In this document: positions 50,606 through 60,232 of the stretch, one piece after another
Layout: every line of letters begins with the position of its first letter
How positions within the stretch are numbered: position 1 is the stretch's first letter
DNA from: Promethearchaeota archaeon
GTDB taxonomy: Archaea > Asgardarchaeota > Lokiarchaeia > Sigyniarchaeales > SOKP01
Direction of reading: 5' to 3'
Assembly: GCA_016839745.1 (NCBI GenBank)
Contig: JAEOTS010000028.1
Location: 1-61,687, forward strand
DNA length: 61,687 nt
Notes under the pieces: model-generated
The model's database searches: none
What the model was told of the DNA's origin: nothing
What the model saw: only the letters and a program-made list of their open reading frames with translations
Translations under genes and position numbers: made by a program

Positions 50606-51841
50606 CTACTCTTCTGATTTTATTAACAGACTTTTATTTTCTTGAAAAGGCTTAATAAATGCCCAACGCCATAAAAGAAAAATAAGTGTGAAAACGATTG
50701 CTGATAAGAGAGGGAGTATTTGCGGAGGTAAATATTTTAAGATTAATCCACCAAGAATTGGGGTTATAATCTGAGCAATACTATATAATGAAGTATTTAC
50801 TCCGAGTATACTACCAGTTTCTTCTCTTTTAACCACTTTCGTTAACTTACTTGTGAGAATGGGGCGAGTTACGCCTGTTCCAAAAGCCAAAAAGGAAATA
50901 GGAATAAACGCGATCCAAAAGTTAGTGGTGAATATAAGAAATACCATAGCCAAAACCAGCGCAAAAATACCTAATTTCAGAGTCGTATTTTCGCCCACTT
51001 TCTTCATTATTGGGTTGATTAGAAAGCTTTGAAATAAAACTCTAAAAATGCCTAACCAAGCCATATAAATAGTGAGTTGTTGGGCTGACACAAGCATATA
51101 GATTGTGGAATATAGAGGAAAGGTTGAAATAAAAATATAAAATCCGAAACTATAAAGGAAGAATTCTATTAGAATACCTCGAGTTTCTCCGGATTTGAAG
51201 AAATGTTTAGTTTCCTTAATAGGTATTATCTCTCCAAACTTTAAGCGAAACTTGTTCTTTTTTTCTGTTATTGATTCAGGTAGAAAAATTACTACTAAAA
51301 CAATTGAAACAAGGCTAATGCCAGCTGCGAAGAAAAAGGGAGCTGAAAAACTAACTAATAATAGGACACCTCCAATCATAGGACCAAAAATTAATCCCGC
51401 ACCAAAAACTGCGCTTGAATAACCGTATGTTTTAGTTCTTTGCTTATGAGTTGTTACGTCACTAATATATGCTTGAGTAACTGTCATATTACTTCCTAGA
51501 AGACCATCTACTAGACGTGCAGCAACTAGTATCCAAACATTACTTGATATTCCAAGGAGAAGAAATCCTACAAGAGTGCTCGTTTGACTAAATAATAACA
51601 ATGGTTTTCTTCCAAACCTGTCGCTAAGCTTCCCTGTAATTGGACTGGCGAAAAGTTGACATAAGCTAAAAATACTTAGAATTAATCCTACTTGTAACTC
51701 ATCCAAACCTAATTCTATTCCTAAAATGGGAATCAAGGGCAGCACGCTACTGAATCCCAAAACTTCTGTAAACTGGATCATAAAAATAATAAGAAGGCGT
51801 TTGTTGAATTTTTCCTTTTGAGCTGTAGGTATCGAACTAAT
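50606..51841 (-). CDS. MFS transporter (DHA1/TetA-like) paralogue, probable ATT start
   Basis: Same motifs; frame extends 20 codons upstream of ATG 51781. Confidence 0.88.
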   Translation of the reverse strand: MSSIPTAQKEKFNKRLLIIFMIQFTEVLGFSSVLPLIPILGIELGLDELQVGLILSIFSLCQLFASPITGKLSDRFGRKPLLLFSQTSTLVGFLLLGISSNVWILVAARLVDGLLGSNMTVTQAYISDVTTHKQRTKTYGYSSAVFGAGLIFGPMIGGVLLLVSFSAPFFFAAGISLVSIVLVVIFLPESITEKKNKFRLKFGEIIPIKETKHFFKSGETRGILIEFFLYSFGFYIFISTFPLYSTIYMLVSAQQLTIYMAWLGIFRVLFQSFLINPIMKKVGENTTLKLGIFALVLAMVFLIFTTNFWIAFIPISFLAFGTGVTRPILTSKLTKVVKREETGSILGVNTSLYSIAQIITPILGGLILKYLPPQILPLLSAIVFTLIFLLWRWAFIKPFQENKSLLIKSEE

Positions 51842-51970
51842 AATGTGTCACATCAATAATTAAAATCTAAAATTAGCTTTTATAGGAAAGAGATGTAAAT
51901 AAATTAAGGTTTATGTCTAGATATTTTCAATTTTATAGCCGTTATATAAATAAAAAAAGAATTAAGTATT

Positions 51971-52900
51971 TTATTTTGATTTAGCTTTTTGAGTCTTTTT
52001 TTCTTCTTTTGCTCTTTTTTCTTCTTCAGTTAGACCTGTGAGAGTTTGTTCGCCGTATAGTTTCACAAGAATTATCGCGATTCCCCAAGTAATTAAAGCT
52101 ACGATAACTCCTCCCATACTATCTATCACACCACCCATTATGACTTGGGGTATAAAATTCATTAAACCATGGAAGAGAATAGCCATGAAAACACTCTTTG
52201 TATTGTTGTAAACCCAACTAAATAAAATTGACCCTCCAACAGTGCTGGCTGTAAATCCTATTATCGCTAACGCGCTTAAAAACGCACCAGTACCCAATTG
52301 AACAAAATTGAGGTAAACTAGAAATGGATAATGCCATATTGCCCATACTATCCCTAAAATTATACTCGATTTATTTGCAGTGTAATTTTCTTGCAATTTT
52401 GGTAATGCATAACCTCTCCAACCAGGTTCTTCTAAACCACTCGTTAAAGTATTGTTTATAAACATTAGTAAAACTAATAGTGGAGCCATTCCGGGATTAA
52501 ATAAATTTGTAAGATCTGTCCCATATAAAAGGCTAATACCAGCAGAGGCTAACGTAATAACTAAAGGAAGTAGAATTATCGCCCCATACCATTTCAGTTT
52601 CACATTTACTTTACCCATGCTTTTTAAAAGTTCTACAACCCCTACCTTTTTTCTAGTAATTGCCAAGACTATAAAAGCAGCAATCATTGGGCCGTAAACT
52701 CCAAGTTGATTTATAACAAAGACGAGTACGTGAAAGTTGTCAACAAAACCTTCAGAGATTAGAACATTGAAGGTTAGAATACTTGGCACAAAATAATTAT
52801 TGATAGAAGAAATGATTAGAGTAGGAATCCAAAGTAGCCATGTAATACTAATTGCTAAGATAAAATAGAGAATTAATGGTTTGTCAATATTAAGTTTCAT
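51971..52900 (-). CDS. CPBP (type II CAAX) intramembrane metalloprotease
   Basis: EEPGWRG, WAIWH, HGLMN. Confidence 0.9.
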   Translation of the reverse strand: MKLNIDKPLILYFILAISITWLLWIPTLIISSINNYFVPSILTFNVLISEGFVDNFHVLVFVINQLGVYGPMIAAFIVLAITRKKVGVVELLKSMGKVNVKLKWYGAIILLPLVITLASAGISLLYGTDLTNLFNPGMAPLLVLLMFINNTLTSGLEEPGWRGYALPKLQENYTANKSSIILGIVWAIWHYPFLVYLNFVQLGTGAFLSALAIIGFTASTVGGSILFSWVYNNTKSVFMAILFHGLMNFIPQVIMGGVIDSMGGVIVALITWGIAIILVKLYGEQTLTGLTEEEKRAKEEKKTQKAKSK

Positions 52901-52978
52901 TATAATATTTTGAAATAATAAAAAATAATGAAACTTTAGTTTATGAATTATAAAATATTTCTGGTTAAAAACTTATAT

Positions 52979-53356
52979 TTATCCTTTCGTGACATTTCCC
53001 TTAAAAGATGAAAATTGATTAAAAATTTTTGCATCTCCTTCAATTTTGGCAAAGATGTTCACTGGTGACGCTGCTTTTGGTTTTTCATCCTTACTCGCAG
53101 GAGTAGGACCAAAAAAAATGCAGAAACCATTCCCATCAGGCCAATAGCCAATATCTCCGACTTCACAATCAATTTGGGCATTTTCCTTACCTATAGCAAC
53201 GGGTATTTCTCCATAGAGCTCCTCGCCCCATCTTGCTAGGTTTAGATCGAAAGGTATATTATCCCAGATGGCTTTACATGTTTCAGGGTTTCTATCAGGA
53301 AGCAATCTGGCTTTGATTTGACCTATTTGCTCATTTTCAATAATAATATAATTCAA
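52979..53356 (-). CDS. Cyclophilin-like fold protein (DUF369-like)
   Basis: RWGEELY, GDIGYWPDGNGFCIFFGPTP. Confidence 0.82.
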   Translation of the reverse strand: MNYIIIENEQIGQIKARLLPDRNPETCKAIWDNIPFDLNLARWGEELYGEIPVAIGKENAQIDCEVGDIGYWPDGNGFCIFFGPTPASKDEKPKAASPVNIFAKIEGDAKIFNQFSSFKGNVTKG

Positions 53357-53488
53357 AGAATAATCACTAATTTAAGATAAATCAAATTAGATAATTTTCA
53401 TTCATATTTAAACAGAGTTTTAATAAACAATAACACTATTAAACATAATAAAAAGAAGATAATAAGCGAATTTTAAGTATATTTATAG

Positions 53489-54190
53489 TTAAAATAAAAG
53501 CTCTTCGCCTACTTTAATTTCATGATATTTTTCAGGATATTTTACCCTTAATATATCATTATATTTAGTACAATGGCAAGCTCCAATAAATTTCAATGAA
53601 TCTAAACTCGAAAAGACTCTGATATTGTGAAGCCCTCCTATAATTGCTTCAATATTACCTCGATTTGAAAAAGCATTGAAAATTTCATTCAAGCCAGGAT
53701 GGCAACAACCAACAAGTAGGATTCCCTTTTCTTCGCGTGTTTTTAAGAGCATTGCTTGTTCCTTTAAATAATTTCCCAATTGACCAGTTAAATAGACATT
53801 CTTCTCAATCTCAGTTTGTTCACTAACGCCGAAAACCTTAGACAATGGATATTTTCTATTGTACGTAATTTGATTTTCTATAGGAACATAGATTTCTAAA
53901 TCATTATTTTTATTATAAATACTTTCTAAACCTTTAGTATGCTCTGGGTGATTATGTGAAATAACTACTTTTGAGATTTCAGTAACATCAATACCTAGTT
54001 GGCTTAGGTTATGAAGTAAAATATCTCCATCACTACCTGTATCAAAAAGAATATAACTACCTGTTTCTACATTATAAATTAAGGCAGCAAATCCGTAAGA
54101 GGAGATAAATCCTTCAAGACTTTCACCCTGATTGAAGAGAATGTTAACATAAAAATTTTCTAAATCTAAGAATTTTTTAGTGATCTGCAT
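53489..54190 (-). CDS. MBL-fold metallo-hydrolase
   Basis: ILFDTG, ISHNHPEH, GCCHPG, IGGLH, CHCT; start uncertain (54190 or 54217). Confidence 0.82.
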   Translation of the reverse strand: MQITKKFLDLENFYVNILFNQGESLEGFISSYGFAALIYNVETGSYILFDTGSDGDILLHNLSQLGIDVTEISKVVISHNHPEHTKGLESIYNKNNDLEIYVPIENQITYNRKYPLSKVFGVSEQTEIEKNVYLTGQLGNYLKEQAMLLKTREEKGILLVGCCHPGLNEIFNAFSNRGNIEAIIGGLHNIRVFSSLDSLKFIGACHCTKYNDILRVKYPEKYHEIKVGEELLF

Positions 54191-54353
54191 TATAATTATA
54201 ATTTTGAAAAAATCCATTAGTAGTTTTTTAATACGAACTGTAAATGGAATCTTAGACTTTTATCGAATTTTATATTCATCTTCTTGTTTTCTAATACTTT
54301 TAAAAAATTTTTAATTAGAAGCTTTAAGTATATGTATAACGGTCGATAAGATA

Positions 54354-54797
54354 ATGGTTCAAAAAAAATCACAAAAATTACCGAGTAACCCAATAGAAGC
54401 TCAAGGCTTACTGATAAAAGAATTTTACAAAAAATTCGGAGAGGAAGCACTTCCTATTATAAAAAAAGTTTGTGGAAAACAAGGTCGTGCTTTAGGCTTT
54501 AAAATAATGAAAAAGTTACCAAATAAAAAATTGACTACAGTAGCACGGGCCTTCTCAAAGAGTTATAATCCTGATTTTGTTAAGATAATTTCTATTTCAG
54601 ATGAAAAGTTTCACATTCAAGGTACCATGTGCCCTTTTGGTCTTGAGAATACATCTAGATCATTATGTGAAGCTGTTATGGCAATCGATCGTGAGTATTT
54701 TCGCGAAGCAGTGAGCGATAAGATCGAACTTAAGATTCTTAAAACTGTTGCGGCAGGAGATTTACATTGTGATACAGTTTACACTCTTAAAGAATAA
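54354..54797 (+). CDS. L-2-amino-thiazoline-4-carboxylate hydrolase-like (V4R-type) protein
   Basis: CPFG..LC..D..KTVAAGDLHC. Confidence 0.7.
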   Translation: MVQKKSQKLPSNPIEAQGLLIKEFYKKFGEEALPIIKKVCGKQGRALGFKIMKKLPNKKLTTVARAFSKSYNPDFVKIISISDEKFHIQGTMCPFGLENTSRSLCEAVMAIDREYFREAVSDKIELKILKTVAAGDLHCDTVYTLKE

Positions 54798-54843
54798 CTT
54801 ACACATAGAAGATTAAAAAATAAAAGGAATAATAAAAAAAATT

Positions 54844-54914
54844 TGTTTGGTGAGATGTGGCTAACCTTCTAAAAGTAAATATCATTTATATTTTCAATTT
54901 ACTTTTTCCAAACA
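54844..54914 (-). promoter_or_regulatory. 3' structured element, non-canonical SECIS candidate
   Basis: Outer stem TGTTTGG/CCAAACA, 10-bp stem AAAAGTAAAT/ATTTACTTTT, loop with GAAAA; lacks an AUGA core. Confidence 0.5.
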
Positions 54915-54923
54915 TATTATTTA

Positions 54924-55391
54924 TTATATTTTTTCTAATATTTCAAATAGAATTTCATTTTTAGGGATGTCTTGCATGCTATCTCCATAATAAGCGAATT
55001 GAATAATACCTTGCTTATCAATGATTAACATTCCAGGCATCCTTCCTCCTTTGGATAACTTTATCTCTTGATTCAACATTTTGGGAACCTTTTTCGAAGG
55101 ATCATAGTATATTGGATATTTTCGGGCGTATTTTTCTTCCAATTTTTTTGCGTTTTTTTCAGAATCTGCTAAGATTGGATAAAGTACGGTTTCCATCTGC
55201 TCAAACTTCTCGAAATCTTTTCTTAAATGTGCCGCGTGCCATCTACAGTAAGGTCAATTAATGTTTCGAAATAATATGACAACAACTTTTTTTTTACCTT
55301 CAAGAGCTCTTATATTTAGTACCCCGCCTCTCGAATCTGGGAGGGAAAATTCTTGAATTTTCGTACCAACGAGTTGAAATTTATCCTTCAT
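54924..55391 (-). CDS. Peroxiredoxin-like (AhpC/TSA) selenoprotein, 155 aa, Sec46
   Basis: FSLPD...VVVILFRNIN-UGA-PYC...PGMLIIDKQGIIQF; TGA at 55254-55256, in frame with the 90-aa ORF in the track. Confidence 0.85.
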
Positions 55392-55504
55392 CTTCTTCAC
55401 TTTTTTGTAGAATTCTATTATAATTTAATCAGAATTGAATAAATAGTTGCTTTTTATAGATTAAAAAAGAATAAATGTAAAAAAAGAAAAATTTTTAGTA
55501 AAGA

Positions 55505-57265
55505 TTATTGTTTCGCTCCATATTTAGCCTTCCACAAAGGATCTTCAATCTGTAATTGTCTTCTCTGAACTTTCCCTACCATAGATTTAGGAATTTCTTC
55601 TATTATTTCTATTTGTTTTGGGCATTTATAATGAGTTATATTTTCTTTACTCCATGCAATTAATTCTTCAGAAGTAATTTTACCTACTGAATCGTCTTGT
55701 AATTGGACCCAAGCTTTTACCATTTCTCCTGTTTCAGCATCAGGTAATCCAGCAACAGCTACTTCCATTACGGCAGGGTGCGATCCTAATAAGTCTTCTA
55801 CTTCCTTTGGAAAAACGGAATAACCTTTATATTTAATCATCTGTTTCTTTCGATCTCGAATAACCATTTGTCCGTGTTCGTCCATGTATCCAATATCTCC
55901 TGTAAGGCACCAAATACGCCCATCCCACTCCTTCAGAGTCTCTGCTGTAGCTTCAGGCCTATTCAAATAGCCTTTCATCACTTGTGGACCGCATACACAA
56001 ATCTCTCCAGTATTATCGATTCCATAACCTTGTAATGGTCCTTTACTAAAATCTTCTGAATCGAAAATTGCCCATTCAACACCTGGTAATGGTAAACCAA
56101 TAGTCCCGGGAGTATCAGTTCCGTCAAATGGGCCTACGCTTACTGCAGTTGTGCATTCCGTAAGTCCGTAGGCCTCAACAAGGGTTCCGTTACTGACTGC
56201 TTCAAACGCATCCTTTACAGGTTTGTGAAGGGGTCCCGCACCACTAACACATAAACGAAACATATTTTCTAATCTAGGCTCGGGATTTGCTTTTAAGTAT
56301 CGAGTTAGTCCAATAAAAAGATTTTCAACACCAGGAAGAATAACACCACCATCAGGACCAACCTCTATAATCATATCTACAACTTCTTTTAAGTCAAGTT
56401 CTCTCTTTGCGTAAAGGATGTTAAAGTCTCCTCCTTCTATTACCACATTCTGAACGATTGTCATTCCAAAAGCGTGGAACATAGGTAAGATACCGACACA
56501 CGCCATTGGATGTTGAGCATCAGGCATCCACATAACATTTTGTTTTGCATTAGTAACGGCGTTATAGTGAGTAATAATCGCAGGTTTTGGAACACCTGTA
56601 GTCCCCCCAGTCATCAAATAAACTGCCGTATCATTTAAAGGATCAATTTCGACTTCTGGAATATCAACTTCGCCCCGTTTTTGAGATACATCTAAAAACT
56701 CAATAGCCCCAGGAACTTCCCCTTTAGGAATTGTTCCGTCTGCAATTAATTGCTCTTTAACGGCAGGAGGAATAGCTGCTAAATCTACAATACACGTCGA
56801 AATAACAAATTCAAACTTATACTTCTCTTGTATAGGTTTAATTAATCCATACATGACATCCATGCATACAAGCCCTTTTGGTTTCACTTGCTGTAGTACA
56901 TGGAGAATTTCTAAAGGTTTATATGTAGGATTAATCGGAATTACTATTCCCCCTAATTTAACAGTCGCAAAATAAGTTATTGTATATTGAAAGCAATTTG
57001 GTAAAAGAATAGCGATAACATCTCCTTTCTTCACCCCTAGTCTAGATAATGATGTAGCAAGAGAATCCGTATGTTTTCGTAATACTCGATAATTCATGAA
57101 TGTTTTTGAGAAATATATAGCCTTATTCTTAGCAAATTCTTCGGTCTTTTGGTCAAACCAATCCCCTAAGCTTATCACCGGAAACTCTGGATGCTTAGGG
57201 ACGCCTTCTTGGTATTTTTTAAACCAAGGTTTACTATCATCAACATACCATTTAGGTACTGTCAC
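55505..57265 (-). CDS. Long-chain acyl-CoA ligase (AMP-binding)
   Basis: MTGGTTGVPK, EAYGLTE, TGDIG, PKSMVGK. Confidence 0.9.
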   Translation of the reverse strand: MTVPKWYVDDSKPWFKKYQEGVPKHPEFPVISLGDWFDQKTEEFAKNKAIYFSKTFMNYRVLRKHTDSLATSLSRLGVKKGDVIAILLPNCFQYTITYFATVKLGGIVIPINPTYKPLEILHVLQQVKPKGLVCMDVMYGLIKPIQEKYKFEFVISTCIVDLAAIPPAVKEQLIADGTIPKGEVPGAIEFLDVSQKRGEVDIPEVEIDPLNDTAVYLMTGGTTGVPKPAIITHYNAVTNAKQNVMWMPDAQHPMACVGILPMFHAFGMTIVQNVVIEGGDFNILYAKRELDLKEVVDMIIEVGPDGGVILPGVENLFIGLTRYLKANPEPRLENMFRLCVSGAGPLHKPVKDAFEAVSNGTLVEAYGLTECTTAVSVGPFDGTDTPGTIGLPLPGVEWAIFDSEDFSKGPLQGYGIDNTGEICVCGPQVMKGYLNRPEATAETLKEWDGRIWCLTGDIGYMDEHGQMVIRDRKKQMIKYKGYSVFPKEVEDLLGSHPAVMEVAVAGLPDAETGEMVKAWVQLQDDSVGKITSEELIAWSKENITHYKCPKQIEIIEEIPKSMVGKVQRRQLQIEDPLWKAKYGAKQ

Positions 57266-57402
57266 TTTTAATAACCTCTTTTTAACAATTGAATTACTAT
57301 TGATGTGAATATATTTGATTTCGAGATATATAAATCTATTTTTAAAACCAAAAAAAGAATTGAAATAACTAATTTAAGTTATTTTAATGTTACCTTGTAT
57401 TT

Positions 57403-58827
57403 TTATATAATTTGCTTACTATAATAGGAATCTTTGGAGAGTTTTATTCTCTTTACAAATACAAATGCGATGAGATAAAAGACACCTAAAGATATGAATA
57501 AAAAGATAATTACATATGGATTTTCTTCGTTTGGACCAGAAAGAATGCTTCCTACCAACAATGAAGCAAATGCAGGGCCCATTGATCGTACGAATGATTC
57601 TAAACCGTAATAGGATCCAGATATTTTCGCCATTGACTCATCGATATTAGACACTTTATCATTTTCAGCTGCTTCATGAACAAGTGAAGCCATTATTGGA
57701 ATAGAAAACAGAGGATATGCGTACATAGACCCAAGAACTGTGCTCCATGATACTATATATAATACTAATTTTATCCCATATGGAAGACCACTAAGTAAGT
57801 AAAATATATCTATAAAGGAAGTTATAACAGCTAAAAGTATACAAATCGAGTAGGAATTAACAATATTATTCCTCTTGAGAATCTTTTTCCATATAAAAAA
57901 CCATCCAAATTTCCCAAAAATGGAGATTAGAATATAAATGAAAAACTCTGACGATTGAAATTGCAATAAATAAGTTTGGAAAGGGAACACTAACAATGCT
58001 ACAATTTTACCACTGACCCAAATGAAGAATCCTGCTAAGATTAGTTTAAGGAAATTTCTATCTTTAGCAGGAATTGACATACGCTTAAATGTTTCTGTTA
58101 TCTTAGTTTTCTGGTATTTTAAATTTGAGTCTGTATTATGGAAGCTTTCGTCTACTGAAATATAGATTATAATTACAGTAATTAATCCAAAAGCAGTAAA
58201 GATTATTCCTACCAAAGGAATATATAGTAGCATTATTTCTCCAGATGGTTCCCACCATTTAACATTTGAAGGATCACTTAATAAACTATGAACAAATAAG
58301 GGAAGAAACATAGCTATGACTGAAGCGAGAATAGAAAAAGCGGATCGAAGCGAGGCAACTTTTTCTCGATTCTTTAGTGTCTGTGACTGTTCAGGAAGCA
58401 TAGAATTATAAACGTTTAATATAAGTGCTCGAAAGATTGACCTAACCATCATCATACCCCAGAAAAAAAAGGCAGTGGGTAAATAGAGAGAATTATCTTG
58501 GGGACAAAGAGGTGGAAACCATATCACAATCGTTGTAATACACCATACCGGCAAACTAAGTAACAAAAATGGGCGCCTTTTTCCCAATTTTCCCGGCTTT
58601 TTATTATCGATAATAACACCAAAAATAATTGCAGCGATAGCACCGAAAAGTAATTGCGCTGTGACACCAATTGATACCAAAAGAGCATTTAAATTAATAG
58701 TATAGACATAATATTGGAAAATAAATACCTCTGTAAACATATTAGGAAGAGTAAATCCTAGATCTCCAAGAGAATATCCAAATAATCGTTTTCCATGCAA
58801 CTCACGGGGAGTTGTGTTTGTACTCAT
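57403..58827 (-). CDS. MFS transporter, GPH (sugar:cation symporter) type
   Basis: GVIID..GKRRPF, SMLPE..R; multi-TM. Confidence 0.82.
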   Translation of the reverse strand: MSTNTTPRELHGKRLFGYSLGDLGFTLPNMFTEVFIFQYYVYTINLNALLVSIGVTAQLLFGAIAAIIFGVIIDNKKPGKLGKRRPFLLLSLPVWCITTIVIWFPPLCPQDNSLYLPTAFFFWGMMMVRSIFRALILNVYNSMLPEQSQTLKNREKVASLRSAFSILASVIAMFLPLFVHSLLSDPSNVKWWEPSGEIMLLYIPLVGIIFTAFGLITVIIIYISVDESFHNTDSNLKYQKTKITETFKRMSIPAKDRNFLKLILAGFFIWVSGKIVALLVFPFQTYLLQFQSSEFFIYILISIFGKFGWFFIWKKILKRNNIVNSYSICILLAVITSFIDIFYLLSGLPYGIKLVLYIVSWSTVLGSMYAYPLFSIPIMASLVHEAAENDKVSNIDESMAKISGSYYGLESFVRSMGPAFASLLVGSILSGPNEENPYVIIFLFISLGVFYLIAFVFVKRIKLSKDSYYSKQII

Positions 58828-58935
58828 TATAAAAATGATTGTGATGTTTGGTATCAAAAAAGTGTATAACTGAAATAGTTTGCGTTAAGAACTTATTTTA
58901 TGTTATTAGAACGATAATAATATCAATTATTAAAT

Positions 58936-60156
58936 TCAATTACTTAGGAGAAAACCGCAACAATTTTTGAATTTCTTCCCACTACCGCAAGGGCATAATT
59001 CATTTCTCCCAAATTTGGGAAATTTAAATAGATAAGGCTCAGTCAGACTATTCTCCTTTTTAAACTTATCAGCAATGGATTTAAAACGAGGTAATGTTTT
59101 TGTGTAAAACATTTTCCAGCCTTGACATAAATTACTTAATCTATTAGGAGAGGTTGGTGCTCCATAACGAAATTTTTGGCAATCACCATGACAGAGCCTA
59201 AGATATGGGCATAAATTGCATTCTTCGTTCCAATTTGATTTTTGTATTCCAAAGGATTGGTAAATTTTAGAATTAAATAGTTCTTCCCATGAATTATTAT
59301 TAATGTTTCCTAAGAGAAGGTTATCTTGGACAAAAAAATCACACGGATAAACCCCTCCATCATGTTCTACAACAAAATATTGGACACAGTTATCTTGCAT
59401 ATAACAGACATTATAACGACCGTATACTAAATACTCCATAATAGAATCAAACAATCTAATGGATACCTTGTTAACATCTTGTTTTATCCATTCGTTAAAT
59501 AATTCCGTTAGAAATATTCCCCAATCTTTTCCTGTGATCGAATATGGCTTAAGTTGGCCACTTTTATCAAATTCAACGCACGGGATATACTGATGGAATA
59601 AAAAACCATTATCGCGATGATAGTGGTAGATTTCTTTCGCTTTTTTTACCGTTTTGTTGTTAATTAAAGATAGTATATTAAATTCTATGCCATTTTGCTT
59701 AAGATGTTCAATTCCGCGCATAACTAACGCATGAGTTGGTTTTTGACCAAGAGTTTTTCTATAATAATCGTGAAGATATTCTGGTCCGTCAAGACTTACT
59801 CCAACAAGAAATTTGTATTCTCCAAAAAACTTAGCTATTTCTTCTGTAATTAATGTTGCGTTAGTTTGAATTCCATTACTAATTGATGAACCCGGTTGAG
59901 CATATTTCAGCTGGAATTCTACGACTTTCTTAAAGAAATCTAAACCCATTAAAGTTGGTTCTCCACCTTGCCATCCGAAAGCATATTGTTTGTTTTGATC
60001 TGTTTTCATATATTTTTTTATCATAACTTCTAATGTCTCATCAGTCATTCGAGGTTTATCATTTCCATTTTCAAGATGATCTATGTAAAAACAGTATTCA
60101 CATCTTAGGTTACAATCTGCCGAAGCGGGTTTGATTAATAAGGAAAAAGGTTTCAT
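58936..60156 (-). CDS. Anaerobic sulfatase maturase (radical SAM/SPASM) with SEC-C motif
   Basis: CNLRCEYC, WQGGEP, YPCD, SPASM cysteines, GRNELCPCGSGKKFKNCC. Confidence 0.9.
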   Translation of the reverse strand: MKPFSLLIKPASADCNLRCEYCFYIDHLENGNDKPRMTDETLEVMIKKYMKTDQNKQYAFGWQGGEPTLMGLDFFKKVVEFQLKYAQPGSSISNGIQTNATLITEEIAKFFGEYKFLVGVSLDGPEYLHDYYRKTLGQKPTHALVMRGIEHLKQNGIEFNILSLINNKTVKKAKEIYHYHRDNGFLFHQYIPCVEFDKSGQLKPYSITGKDWGIFLTELFNEWIKQDVNKVSIRLFDSIMEYLVYGRYNVCYMQDNCVQYFVVEHDGGVYPCDFFVQDNLLLGNINNNSWEELFNSKIYQSFGIQKSNWNEECNLCPYLRLCHGDCQKFRYGAPTSPNRLSNLCQGWKMFYTKTLPRFKSIADKFKKENSLTEPYLFKFPKFGRNELCPCGSGKKFKNCCGFLLSN

Positions 60157-60232
60157 GAGATCTTTCTAATAAAATATATTATTGCTGATTAAGAATTTTA
60201 TCCTTAAAATCTTTAAATGTCCATTAAAAAAG

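Noticed and set aside
54924-55196. 90-aa ORF as a stand-alone gene or split pseudogene
   Set aside because: It is the C-terminal part of the UGA-containing Prx-like gene.
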